DNA of 41,254 nucleotides from Fimbriimonadales bacterium (GTDB lineage Bacteria > Armatimonadota > Fimbriimonadia > Fimbriimonadales > ATM1). The stretch covers positions 1-41,254 of the forward strand of contig JBPCLO010000049.1 of assembly GCA_051003155.1 (NCBI GenBank). Direction: 5' to 3'. Shown here in pieces: positions 12,382 through 21,948 of this stretch. Under the pieces are notes generated by a model, which was not told the origin of the DNA, did no database searches, and saw only the letters and a list, made by a program, of their open reading frames with translations. Both the position numbers and the translations under genes were made by a program. Numbering within the stretch: the first letter of the stretch is position 1; every line of letters starts with the position of its first letter.

Positions 12382-13829
12382 ATGAAATGTGCAATTAGCG
12401 CCATCTCTTTCTTCCTCGCGATTTGCGCGAGCGCCCAATGGACCGTCGTCAATTTGCACCCCGCCGGATTGATTCGGTCAATGGCCGAGGGCGTTCAAGG
12501 TGGACAGCAGGTTGGCTTTGCCTCTGGGCGTGACGCTTACGACTTTCACGCCAGCCTGTGGAGCGGCACGGCAGGCTCATGGGTGGACCTCACCCCCGCC
12601 GGGGCGAGTTCCTCGGTTGCCTTGGGTGTGGACGGCGGCCAGCAGGTGGGCTGGGCACGTGTGGGCGGCACGGGACGGGCCAGCCTGTGGAGCGGCACGG
12701 CAGGCTCGTGGGTGGACCTCCATCCCGCCGGGGCGACGTCCTCGGTGGCGAGCGGCGTGCACGGCGGCCAGCAAGTGGGCGAGGCCTGGGTTGGCGGCAA
12801 CCCTCGCGCCAGCCTGTGGACCGGTACGGCAGCCTCGTGGGTGGACCTGCAACCCGCCGGGTCGACTTACTCGCTTGCCTACGGCGTGCATGGCGGCCAG
12901 CAGGTAGGCATCGCAATCGTGGGCAATCGCAGGCACGCGAGCTTGTGGAGCGGAACCGCTGGCTCGTGGGTGGACCTGCACCCCGCCGGTGTGGTTGCAT
13001 CGGAGGCCTACGGCGTGGGGGGCGGACAGCAAGTGGGCAATATCGCCTGGCTCGGCCTCGCTCACGCCAGCCTGTGGAGCGGCACGGCGGCCTCGTGGGT
13101 GGACCTCCATCCCGGCCGGGCGATTTGGTCGCATGCATACGGCGTGCATGGCGGCCAGCAAGTGGGCTATGCCTTCGTGGGCAGCACTATCGCGCCAGCC
13201 TATGGAGCGGCACCGCCGATTCGTGGTTGAACCTCCACGATTTCCTGCCGACGGGGTACATAGACTCTGAAGCCAGGAGCATCTGGCACGATGGCGCGTT
13301 CACCTACGTGGTCGGATGGGGGTATCACCGAGCGAGCCCCTGGGAGGAAGCGCTGATGTGGGTGTCCAGAGCAGTTGCGCCGACTTCCTACAGCATGTTC
13401 CGGGGCTCGGTCATCTCGGGCAATCTGGAATCGCTGCAGAGTAGCGACGACGACAGGCTGGTGACGAGGCCGGGAGCCGTGTTTTCCAACGCCGAGCCGC
13501 CGATACAGATCATCCTGAACGCAACGGCTCCGACTTCCTCGCCTAGCGGGTTCAGCTTCCACTTGGAGTCGAACGCGAGCATCGCGAACGCCGAGCAGAA
13601 GATCTCGCTCTACAACTATGTCACCGGCCAGTACGAAGTTCTCGACACTCGCTTGGCGACTCCTTCCGACGACACGGTGAACATCAACGTGACCGTCGAT
13701 ACGTCCCGCTTCATACAACCCGTCACCCTGGCCATGCGGGCACGGATCAGCTACCGCGCTCTCGGCTCGACTTTCGTGTATCCGTGGCTCGGCCGAATCG
13801 ACCGCGCATGGTGGGCCTTCCCGGGATAA
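12382..13829 (+). pseudogene. Secreted 43-aa-repeat (HAF-like beta-propeller) protein with ~150-aa C-terminal domain, split by a 1-nt deletion
   Basis: AGGAGA SD, signal peptide (..ASAQW), and repeats ASLWSGTAGSWVDLHPAG..GVHGGQQVG. The frame switches from ORF 12382..13230 to ORF 12558..13829 at ~13183-13190. Confidence 0.85.
12550..13230 (+). repeat. Intragenic tandem repeat, 129-bp unit
   Basis: ASLW-coding GC(C/G)AGC(C/T)T(G/A)TGG starts at 12550, 12679, 12808, 12937 and 13066 (period 129), then 13194 (128). Confidence 0.92.
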
Positions 13830-13893
13830 GGAGAACATCAGTGAAATATAAAGACGCCCCCGTGGGACGGGACAGCCCCGCGGGCGCGACCGC

Positions 13894-14388
13894 GTGAGGC
13901 TCGACGAGAAGCGGAGGAGAACTGCGGAGGATGCCTTCGCTGCGCTCGTGGGCCAACCGCTCTCGAGCATGTGGCGGTACGCAGGGTGCCAGAAGTTCGA
14001 GTTCGGAGAGCAGAAGCCCGGGAAGAACCGCGAGGGCGAGGACACCACGCGGGCCGATTGGGGACTCGTGGCGAACTGCCACTGGCGGATCGAAGGACCC
14101 GAAGGCTTCGCCCTGTCCTGGGAGCACTTCGGATCGACTCCCGAGCGACGAGACGGCCACGCCGACCCGTTCTACGAGCGGCTCGAAACCCGTCCGCTCA
14201 TCGTGGAGGCAGTCGAGGTGCGCTCAGACGGAGCGCTGCGCTTCCGATTGTCGGACGGGTTCTCGCTCGCGGTCGACCTGGGGCCCCCCGACGGGGACTC
14301 TGTGGAACGGTGGCGCTTTATGCCTCCCAACGGCGATCCTCGGGGTCACCTTGTACTTGAAGAGGACGATATAAGCTGGAGCGGATAG
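13894..14388 (+). CDS. Hypothetical protein
   Basis: 164-aa ORF with protein-like composition filling the intergenic gap. No family recognised. Confidence 0.6.
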   Translation: MRLDEKRRRTAEDAFAALVGQPLSSMWRYAGCQKFEFGEQKPGKNREGEDTTRADWGLVANCHWRIEGPEGFALSWEHFGSTPERRDGHADPFYERLETRPLIVEAVEVRSDGALRFRLSDGFSLAVDLGPPDGDSVERWRFMPPNGDPRGHLVLEEDDISWSG

Positions 14389-14481
14389 GGCCATTCCGTC
14401 CCCACTTTGGAACGCTGCCGCCCGCGCCGAGTGTTTCGACCCCGCGACGCGCATCGCGCCGGTGTGATGTAATGTAAAGGA

Positions 14482-14835
14482 ATGAAAAAACTACTGCGCA
14501 CCTTCATCAGGTGGTTAACGGCTGCGGGCCCCCTAGATGACGCCGGCGATTCAGTGGATCCGCAGATGAAACGCTATGAAGCGCAACTGGACGATTACGA
14601 CCGCCAGACGAGGCGCATCGACGCGCGGTTGGACGAAGACGAACGCCAGACGCGACGTGTTGGCGAGCAACTGGACGCCGCAGATAGGCAGGCGAAGGTT
14701 ACGGACGCGCTACAACAGAAGGCTATCGATCAAAGCGCTCGCTACGACAACATCATCGACAAACTAGAGGAGCAAGGGCGCAGGATGGACGCGATACTAG
14801 GCGCGATGGAGAAGCAAAAGGGAATCGACAAATGA
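14482..14835 (+). CDS. Hypothetical coiled-coil protein
   Basis: 117 aa, 14-residue periodicity (RQTRRIDARLDEDE/RQTRRVGEQLDAAD). Confidence 0.7.
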   Translation: MKKLLRTFIRWLTAAGPLDDAGDSVDPQMKRYEAQLDDYDRQTRRIDARLDEDERQTRRVGEQLDAADRQAKVTDALQQKAIDQSARYDNIIDKLEEQGRRMDAILGAMEKQKGIDK

Positions 14836-14892
14836 TGGCCGCTGCAGCCCGGTGGTACACTGCTGGAATCCTGTTACCAACAAGGGGTTTCG

Positions 14893-16668
14893 ATGCACAA
14901 TCACCAACCTTCTCGCCTTATGCCGGCGTTTAAACTCACGCTTGGCGCGACCCTTTTTTCGATCCTTGCGGTCGGCTCCTACTCCCAAATGGGCAGGCCC
15001 GACCAAATCGGCGGGCACGCAACCGATCACATTCTCGTACGCTTTGAGCCCGGTCAGGTGCCCAAGCCGCTGGCCAACGGCTCTCTCCGCACGGGCAACG
15101 CCCGACTCGATCAACTCACCGCTAACTGGTCTGTCCAGGGAATTAAGCCCTTCCACACGATGGCCTTCGGCAATCCTGAACTCGCCGAGCGCTTGGGCCT
15201 CAGCCGCACGTTCAAGTTCGGCGTTCGTCTCGGAACCGACGTGCGCACGATGGCTGCGCAATTCAGCGCTGTCCCGAACGTGGAGTTTGCCGAGATCGAC
15301 GGGATCGGCGGGCCGGCGTTTACTCCGAACGACCCGCTCATCGGAAACTGCTGGGGTCTCAACAACACGGGCCAGCAGGGAGGAACCGTCGATGCCGACG
15401 TGGACGCTTTCGAAGCGTGGGACCACTGGCAGGGCGCCGACAACCTTATCGTCGCGGTGATCGACACCGGCGTCAACGACCATCCCGACTTCGTCGGCAG
15501 AAAGGTACCGGGTTGGAATACCTTCAACAACACCAACAACACGCAGGACGTGTATGGGCATGGCACGCACGTCGCCGGCACAGTCGCGGCGAACGGCAAT
15601 AACGGAATCGGCATTGCCGGGATGGATTGGAAGGTTAAGATCATGCCCATTAGGGTCTTATCCGACTTTGGCAGCGGGTCAGAAGCCCAATGCGCAGCCG
15701 GGATTGTTTGGGCAACCGACCATGGCGCGAACATAGGAACCATGAGCCTCCAGTACTACACCGGGTCGCAGACGTTCGCGGATTCAGTCAACTACGCCTA
15801 CGGCCAAGGGGTCCTTCTCATCGCCGCAACCGGAAACGGCCAGGGCAACATCGTGGCCTTCCCAGCGAGGTTCCAGCATTGCGCCGGGATCGGCGCGACC
15901 ACACGGTTCGACACAATTGCCGGCTGGTCAAACTATGGCGCGCAGGTGGACGTTAGCGCTCCCGGCGACGAAGTGTATTCGTTCACCAACAGCAACGGCT
16001 ACGTGTACTACTCGGGGACATCCATGGCCACTCCGCACACGAGCGGCATGGCGGCGTTGATGTGGTCCTACGATCGCGGCATGACGCCGGACGAGGTATT
16101 AGCAGTCATAACCGGAACCGCGGATGACAAGGGCCCAGTCGGTTGGGACAACCGCTTCGGCTGGGGACGGATCAACGCGAACGGTGGCATTCTAAAGGCT
16201 GAGGAGCCTTTGGCTGGATTCACCTCCATGACCGTTCTGGTCGGAACTCTGCTGGGCGGCACCGCCGCCAACCTTTTCAGCAGCGACAGCCAGGCCGTGC
16301 AGATCCAGTCGACCTTTCCGCTAGCCGCCGCTGCGCCGAGTGTGCGTCTCCAGGCGGAAGGGACTGCACCCAACCTGCCCTTCAATCGAGTTCAGATCCT
16401 TCTGGAGGCTGCTGCTTCGACCGATAACGTGATGCAGGCCGTTCATGCCTTCGACTTCGTGAACGGAACCTGGGTTCAAGTGGACTTGAGGCCGGCGACG
16501 ACGGCCGAGTCGTTCACTGTGGTCAACATCACGGACAACCCGAGCAGGTTCGTCCAAGCTGGGAGCCGGACGGTCAGGGCTCGCGTGTCATTCCACAATC
16601 AAGGTGCTCCGGTGCCGACTTGGACTACGACCGTAGACCAGTTCCGCGGCGCTCTCCGGAACAACTAA
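14893..16668 (+). CDS. S8 (thermitase-like) secreted serine protease with C-terminal extension domain
   Basis: Signal peptide and prodomain. Catalytic triad in VAVIDTG, HGTHVAG and SGTSMATPH; oxyanion AATGN. Confidence 0.95.
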   Translation: MHNHQPSRLMPAFKLTLGATLFSILAVGSYSQMGRPDQIGGHATDHILVRFEPGQVPKPLANGSLRTGNARLDQLTANWSVQGIKPFHTMAFGNPELAERLGLSRTFKFGVRLGTDVRTMAAQFSAVPNVEFAEIDGIGGPAFTPNDPLIGNCWGLNNTGQQGGTVDADVDAFEAWDHWQGADNLIVAVIDTGVNDHPDFVGRKVPGWNTFNNTNNTQDVYGHGTHVAGTVAANGNNGIGIAGMDWKVKIMPIRVLSDFGSGSEAQCAAGIVWATDHGANIGTMSLQYYTGSQTFADSVNYAYGQGVLLIAATGNGQGNIVAFPARFQHCAGIGATTRFDTIAGWSNYGAQVDVSAPGDEVYSFTNSNGYVYYSGTSMATPHTSGMAALMWSYDRGMTPDEVLAVITGTADDKGPVGWDNRFGWGRINANGGILKAEEPLAGFTSMTVLVGTLLGGTAANLFSSDSQAVQIQSTFPLAAAAPSVRLQAEGTAPNLPFNRVQILLEAAASTDNVMQAVHAFDFVNGTWVQVDLRPATTAESFTVVNITDNPSRFVQAGSRTVRARVSFHNQGAPVPTWTTTVDQFRGALRNN

Positions 16669-16674
16669 GAAACC

Positions 16675-16710
16675 GGTAGCTCCCTCGGCGCACTCCGTCG
16701 GGGGAGCACC
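16675..16710 (+). terminator. Stem-loop after the S8 protease gene (no U-tract)
   Basis: GGT-A-GCTCCCTCGGCG / CGTCGGGGGAGC-ACC inverted repeat 6 nt after the stop codon. Confidence 0.45.
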
Positions 16711-16719
16711 CTGTGCGGC

Positions 16720-17169
16720 ATGCTTAAGCTCGTCGCTGTAGGCAAGGACAATTGGCGCTCTGTTCGCGAACTTGGCCTGAGGGAAGGCCAGGCGACTTTT
16801 CTGCATTCCAACCTCTATTCCCTCGCGGAGGCGTATATCAAGCCCGACGCGCCGGAGTACGTGCCACTCGCTATTTACGAGGATGATGCGGTAGTCGGCT
16901 TCGCCATGATCGCCAGAAATCCCGACGCGGAGTTGCACTGGATATCGCGATTTATGATCGATGCTCCGCACCAAGGAAGAGGCCTGGGGCGGGCGGGCAT
17001 GCTGCTGGTCCTCGAACTTATGAAGCAATGCCCGGCTTGCAAGAACATTCATCTGAGCGTCTCAGCCGATAACCCCGTTGCCCTGGCTCTATACACTAGC
17101 CTGGGCTTCGTTCCGACCGGCGAGAAGGAAGAGGAAGGGCAAGACATTTACCGCCTAAATCTTCGCTAG
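16720..17169 (+). CDS. GNAT family N-acetyltransferase (spermidine/diamine acetyltransferase-like)
   Basis: WISRFMIDAPHQGRGLG acetyl-CoA motif and N..ALALYTSLGF. Confidence 0.88.
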   Translation: MLKLVAVGKDNWRSVRELGLREGQATFLHSNLYSLAEAYIKPDAPEYVPLAIYEDDAVVGFAMIARNPDAELHWISRFMIDAPHQGRGLGRAGMLLVLELMKQCPACKNIHLSVSADNPVALALYTSLGFVPTGEKEEEGQDIYRLNLR

Positions 17170-17240
17170 ACCGCCGAATCCGTATCTCGTGTAAAATGTT
17201 CGCAAGTTCTGGCGATTACAGGCGTCAGAAATAATAGTAA

Positions 17241-18821
17241 GTGAACTCCAACAGAAACGAGCTCGAAGAGCTCCTGCAAGCCCTGCCGCCCATTATCCAA
17301 AGGCGCATCCGTGAAGCGCCCGACGTCGACCGAGTGATCGAGATCGTTATCGATTACGGCCGGCCCGCAGAAATAAGGTTCATGGATCGCTACGAGCGGT
17401 TAGACGACTACCCGATCACCGAATCCGACATTGCGTATGTCACCGATCGTGTGGGACAGTTCGGCGGAGACAACCGGGCGGGGATCGAAAGAACCCTGCA
17501 CCGGATCAGCGCCATACGCAGCCGCACGGACCGCATCGTCGGCCTTACCTGCCGTGTGGGCCGCGCCGTCCAGGGCACGATCGACATTATTCAAGACATC
17601 GTCGAATCGTCGAAATCGATTCTGTTCCTCGGCAAGCCGGGCGTCGGGAAGACGACCAAACTGCGCGAGGTCGCCCGGATGCTCGCGGACGATCTGGGCA
17701 AGCGGGTAGTGATCGTAGACACTTCCAACGAGATCGCCGGCGACGGAGACATTCCGCACCCGTCGATCGGCTCCGCTCGCCGCATGCAGGTCAAGGATCC
17801 CAGCGTACAGCACCAAGTAATGATCGAGGCGGTCGAGAACCACATGCCCGAGGTCATCGTCATCGACGAGATCGGTGTGGAAGCCGAGGCCTACGCAGCC
17901 AGGACTATCGCCGAAAGAGGCGTACAACTTGTCGGCACCGCGCATGGACGGACTCTTGAGAATCTGATGCTCAACCCGACCCTCTGTGACCTCGTAGGGG
18001 GCATCCAAGCGGTCACGCTTTCAGACGACGAGGCCAAGCGACGGGGCACTCAAAAGACGGTTCTTGAGCGCAAGGCTCCGCCGACGTTCGATGCTGTGGT
18101 CGAGCTGATCGATTACGACAAGCTCGCGATCCACCACGACGCGCAAAAGCAAGTGGACCTAATCTTGAGGGGCGTTTCGCCACGCCCGGAGATTAGGATT
18201 CGCACCGAGGAAGGGCGCGTCGAAGTTGTGCAGGCGGCCCAGACGCCGGAACCGATCGAGCCTTACGCGAACGGCGGCAGGTCCGTCCAGAGACGAGCGG
18301 AACGGGAGCCTGCAGAACCCGTGGCCAAGGAACGGCCGAACCAGCCGCTGCAGCACGTTATCCGCGTGTTCCCGTATGGCATCGCTCGCACACGCTTGGA
18401 GCGAGCCATTCGCGAAAGGCGCGCTCAATTGGCGATAGCGAACGATTTGAACGAAGCGGACGTTGTCATGGCGATCCGGACGTCGATGCAGAAGAAGCCG
18501 GGCAGGTTTACTGAACGCCTTGGCCGATCGATTCCCACCGTGGTCGTGCGAAGCAACACGCTCTCGCAAATCGCGACGGCGCTGGATGAAATACTTGGTG
18601 GCAGCGTGGCCGAACCAGGGGAGGTCGAGGAAGAGGCGCGGAGCGAAGTTCTTGGCGCGATCGATTTCGTAAGGGCCAAGGGTCGGTCGTTCGAACTCGC
18701 GCCACGGCCGGGGACGGTTCGTCGGATGCAGCACCAAGAGATCGAATCGCATAAGCTGCGAAGCGAGAGCGTGGGCCAGGAGCCCAACCGCCGGGTTCGG
18801 ATCCTGCCTGCCGCCATATGA
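17241..18821 (+). CDS. Ycf45/SpoIIIAA-like AAA ATPase with C-terminal R3H domain
   Basis: [14 protein letters not shown], Walker [21 protein letters not shown], and R3H '[17 protein letters not shown]'. Confidence 0.9.
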   Translation: MNSNRNELEELLQALPPIIQRRIREAPDVDRVIEIVIDYGRPAEIRFMDRYERLDDYPITESDIAYVTDRVGQFGGDNRAGIERTLHRISAIRSRTDRIVGLTCRVGRAVQGTIDIIQDIVESSKSILFLGKPGVGKTTKLREVARMLADDLGKRVVIVDTSNEIAGDGDIPHPSIGSARRMQVKDPSVQHQVMIEAVENHMPEVIVIDEIGVEAEAYAARTIAERGVQLVGTAHGRTLENLMLNPTLCDLVGGIQAVTLSDDEAKRRGTQKTVLERKAPPTFDAVVELIDYDKLAIHHDAQKQVDLILRGVSPRPEIRIRTEEGRVEVVQAAQTPEPIEPYANGGRSVQRRAEREPAEPVAKERPNQPLQHVIRVFPYGIARTRLERAIRERRAQLAIANDLNEADVVMAIRTSMQKKPGRFTERLGRSIPTVVVRSNTLSQIATALDEILGGSVAEPGEVEEEARSEVLGAIDFVRAKGRSFELAPRPGTVRRMQHQEIESHKLRSESVGQEPNRRVRILPAAI

Positions 18822-19396
18822 GCGGACGGTTCATCACCCTCGAAGGCCCGGAAGGAGCGGGCAAGAGTACGCTTGCGGCGGCCCTGGCAGAGAAGGTGCC
18901 GAACGTTCTCTTAACCCGCGAGCCCGGAGAGGGACCCGTTGGCCCGAAGATCCGTGAGGCTCTTCTCCATGGCGGCGAGTTGGACGCATGGACAGAGGTG
19001 TTCCTGTTTTTGGCGGACCGGCGGCAGCATGTCGAGACCGTAATCCGTCCGGCCCTGGACCGGGGCAAGACCGTGATCTGCGACCGATACGCCGATTCCA
19101 CGGTTGTATACCAAGGATACGGCCGCGACCTGCCCGTCGACCTTTTGCGGAAACTCAATCGCATCGCTACGAGCGGGTTAGCTCCCGACCTGACGTTCCT
19201 TCTGGACTTGCCGGTCGACGTCGGTCTAGCGCGGATTACGGACAGGGACAGGCTCGACCGAGAGCCGCTCGAGTTTCACGAGCGGATTCGTGAGGGGTTT
19301 CTGATGGAGGCGAAACGCAATCCGGAGAGGTGGCGTGTGCTCGATGCCTCGCTGCCTGCCGACGATTTGGCTGACCGAGCCGCCGAGCTGATCTAA
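18818..19396 (+). CDS. tmk: dTMP (thymidylate) kinase
   Basis: [34 protein letters not shown] and PDLTFLLD motifs. Confidence 0.96.
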   Translation: MSGRFITLEGPEGAGKSTLAAALAEKVPNVLLTREPGEGPVGPKIREALLHGGELDAWTEVFLFLADRRQHVETVIRPALDRGKTVICDRYADSTVVYQGYGRDLPVDLLRKLNRIATSGLAPDLTFLLDLPVDVGLARITDRDRLDREPLEFHERIREGFLMEAKRNPERWRVLDASLPADDLADRAAELI

Positions 19397-19397
19397 T

Positions 19398-19660
19398 ATG
19401 AATTAGGATTCGACGCAAAGATAATCGTCGTAACAGGCGGCGCCAAGGGCGTCGGCGAGGGGATAGAACGTGCTGTCGCGAACGAGGGCGCCGTGGCCGT
19501 TATCGTTGGGCGAAACGATGAGGACAATCGCGCGACCGCCGAATCGATCATCGGCGGTGGCGCCAAGGCATTTCCGATTCGAGCGGAATTAACGCGAACG
19601 GAAGATTCGCAGAGCGCAGTCGAAGCGGCGCTCGCAGAGTTCGGCCGAATCGACGGCCTA
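19398..19660 (+). pseudogene. Truncated SDR oxidoreductase (N-terminal third)
   Basis: ATG19398 is out of frame by one base. LGFDAKIIVVTGGAKGVGEGI...EFGRIDGL follows, then similarity stops just before the expected VNNAG. Confidence 0.85.
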
Positions 19661-20465
19661 TGTCCCAGGCGAAGTCGACGCTGGAGCCACCGAGGCCGTT
19701 GTATGTAACCGCCCAGTCGTGGGTACTCGCGTTAGTGCCCGCATACCGGAGCGTCCCGTAGTCGAAGTCAATCCCTGTGGGTTGGACGAAGCCCGTCACG
19801 TAAACGAACTCTGCCTTGCCCGTATGGTCGCGCTCGATGGATAACGCGCGAGCCTGATCGTATCCGGCGTTCGGCTGACCGCTATATTCCAATGGTCCCC
19901 ATCGAATATCGCCGTTGGACGCATAAGATATGGTTCCCATGTTTGCGTGCGTTTCATGGAAAATGCCACCGCACTCGAACACGCTGGACTGAGAATCCAT
20001 CGCTGTCCGTTGGCAGATCGTGTTTATTTTGGAATTGTCCGTCGCCGGTTACGAATCTTGCCCAAAGTTCTTGGCCGCCACTACCGGCGTACTTAATGGT
20101 AGCCCAATCGCCGAATGTGGCCGGATGAAACGACTGGACCAGTCACGTAAACATTGCCCTCGTTGTCGACGGCGATCGCGCGTGCAATGTCTGTGCCGTC
20201 AGACTGCGCCATCATAGGAGCGTTTCCAAACTTGGTTGCCGGCTGGCCCATACTTAATCGTCACGTAATTTGTTCCGGTAATAAGCTCATCTGATTGGCC
20301 GGTGACATACGTGTTCCCGCGCTTGTCAACTGCGACGGCGTAAGCCCGGTCGAGACCGTTCGCCGTGCCATTATAAGGAACTTGCCAAGTTTGAGTCAAT
20401 TGCGCCTGACCCGAAGCAAAGCAGACCACCAGAAAAACAAGGCTGCCAATTCTATTCGACTTCAT
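19660..20465 (-). pseudogene. SBBP-type beta-propeller secreted protein, copy A (multiple frameshifts, truncated)
   Basis: Signal peptide, then AVAVDKRGNTYVTGQS..YVTIKY. Continues in shifted frames ([36 protein letters not shown]) and ends at the junction with the SDR relic. Confidence 0.8.
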
Positions 20466-21207
20466 TTGCGATTTCTCCTTTTGATATCACGACGTTTCGT
20501 TTACTGATTAGAAGGACAAGGGCGGCGGCAAGGATCAGGGCTGAACTCGGTTCCGGTACAGCAACGACCTGAAATCCGTTTACGAACATGTTATGCGGCA
20601 TTCCCGGAGGTTGCACAATACTTATCCTAAATGAATCGTTACCGGTACAATCCACCAAGTGGATGCTATGCGTGACTAAATATTCGAAAGAATTGCCCGG
20701 CATCGGTCCCGTCACGACCTGTGTTTGGTTCTCGATCGCTTCGGGAATATAAACAGGCGTGTCAACAGGTCCGACGGGATTTACGGCAAAGGTGTAAACT
20801 TCATACATAGAAGGTTGAAGGCCATCGAAGAAATATGTGACGCTGCCACCCTGGACAACGGTCCCTACGTCAGAACCGTCATTGAGCAATAGGGCATAGT
20901 CGCCCGTATTACCCTCAAACGCGAATCCACCTCCGCCGCCCCCAGGCCCTTTAAATTCCTTCGTCATCTCGACGTTCGTCAAATTACCGTTTAGATCGTG
21001 AACTTGCTGAGGCAGTATGCCAAGCCCGAAGCGATTCCAGAATCCGGCCTGTCCGGCCGCCGCGCCGAACGAGGAACTGGGGGCGCCTCCACCAAGTTCA
21101 CCTGGGCCACTCAGATCCAAGTCAATGTTAAAGCTTTGCCCGGCCGCGCCTATGCATGCCCCGAGGATCAGGAGCAGAAATACGGCCCGACGTCGCTCTG
21201 TCTTCAC
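20452..21207 (-). CDS. PEP-CTERM sorting-domain protein, copy A
   Basis: Signal peptide; C-terminal VPEPSSALILAAALVLLISKR. Confidence 0.88.
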   Translation of the reverse strand: MKTERRRAVFLLLILGACIGAAGQSFNIDLDLSGPGELGGGAPSSSFGAAAGQAGFWNRFGLGILPQQVHDLNGNLTNVEMTKEFKGPGGGGGGFAFEGNTGDYALLLNDGSDVGTVVQGGSVTYFFDGLQPSMYEVYTFAVNPVGPVDTPVYIPEAIENQTQVVTGPMPGNSFEYLVTHSIHLVDCTGNDSFRISIVQPPGMPHNMFVNGFQVVAVPEPSSALILAAALVLLISKRNVVISKGEIANEVE

Positions 21208-21221
21208 ATCGAGAACATACT

Positions 21222-21948
21222 CTAATTATCGAACGGCATCTCAAGTCCGTTGCTGCGCCCAGTCGCCGAATGCGGTGTGGTGAAACGATTGGCGGTCACG
21301 AACACGTCGTCCCCGGGGCCAACCGCCAAGGCGACGGCTTGGTCGTTCATACCTGCCCGGTCGTAAGGTTGCGGCCATCCAGGCTGTTGGATTCCGTTTT
21401 CGTTATAGCGGACGGTGATGAAATCCTGAGTGCCGGTCAGCGGACCGGCCGAGCCGGTGACGAAGACATGCCCCGCCGCGTTCACCGCGAAGTCCACACC
21501 GAAATCCTCCTGGCTGTTGTAGTTGAGTCGCACGCCCAAAGCAGGTCCCCGTTGGTACTGTATTTGACCGTGGCGATGTCGTAGAGGCCGCCCTGCCCTC
21601 CGCTTCCACCGTGGGATTCACCCGTCACATATACGTTGCCTTCGTTATCTACGGCGATCGCTCGGGCCCATCGGTGCCGTCGGATTGCACGCCGGCGTAA
21701 GGTTGTCTTCATATCTGATTGCCGGCCGGCCCATACTTAATCGTCACATAATTTGTTTCGGTAATAAGCTCATCGGATTGGCCGGTGACATACGTGTTTC
21801 CGCGCTTATCAACAGCGACGGCGTAAGCACGGTCGAGCCCGTTGGCAGTCCCGTTGTATGAAACCTGCCAGCTTTGAGTCAATTGTGACTGGCCCGAAAC
21901 AGCGCAGGCTATCAGTAAAACGAGGCTACCGATTCTGTTCAATTTCAT
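21222..21948 (-). pseudogene. SBBP-type beta-propeller secreted protein, copy B (nonsense codon plus frameshifts)
   Basis: First 79 aa nearly identical to copy A. TGA stands where copy A has TGG (W) at 21709-21711. The remaining blades lie in ORFs 21482..21712 and 21222..21539. Confidence 0.8.

Noticed and set aside
11640..12452. 270-aa minus-strand ORF
   Set aside because: Only its last ~95 codons are YbjQ. The rest is antisense to the real 12042..12329 gene and to the start of the repeat gene.
12550..13230. 129-bp repeats as a possible CRISPR array
   Set aside because: The units are in-frame coding repeats with synonymous variation, there is no repeat-spacer structure, and no cas genes are present.
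19394..19410. Programmed stop-codon readthrough from tmk into the SDR
   Set aside because: The stop is TAA, the SDR is truncated, and a one-base loss after its own ATG explains the frame more simply.
21709..21712. TGA as selenocysteine or recoded Trp in SBBP copy B
   Set aside because: Additional frameshifts follow, and other genes in the window use TGA as a normal stop.
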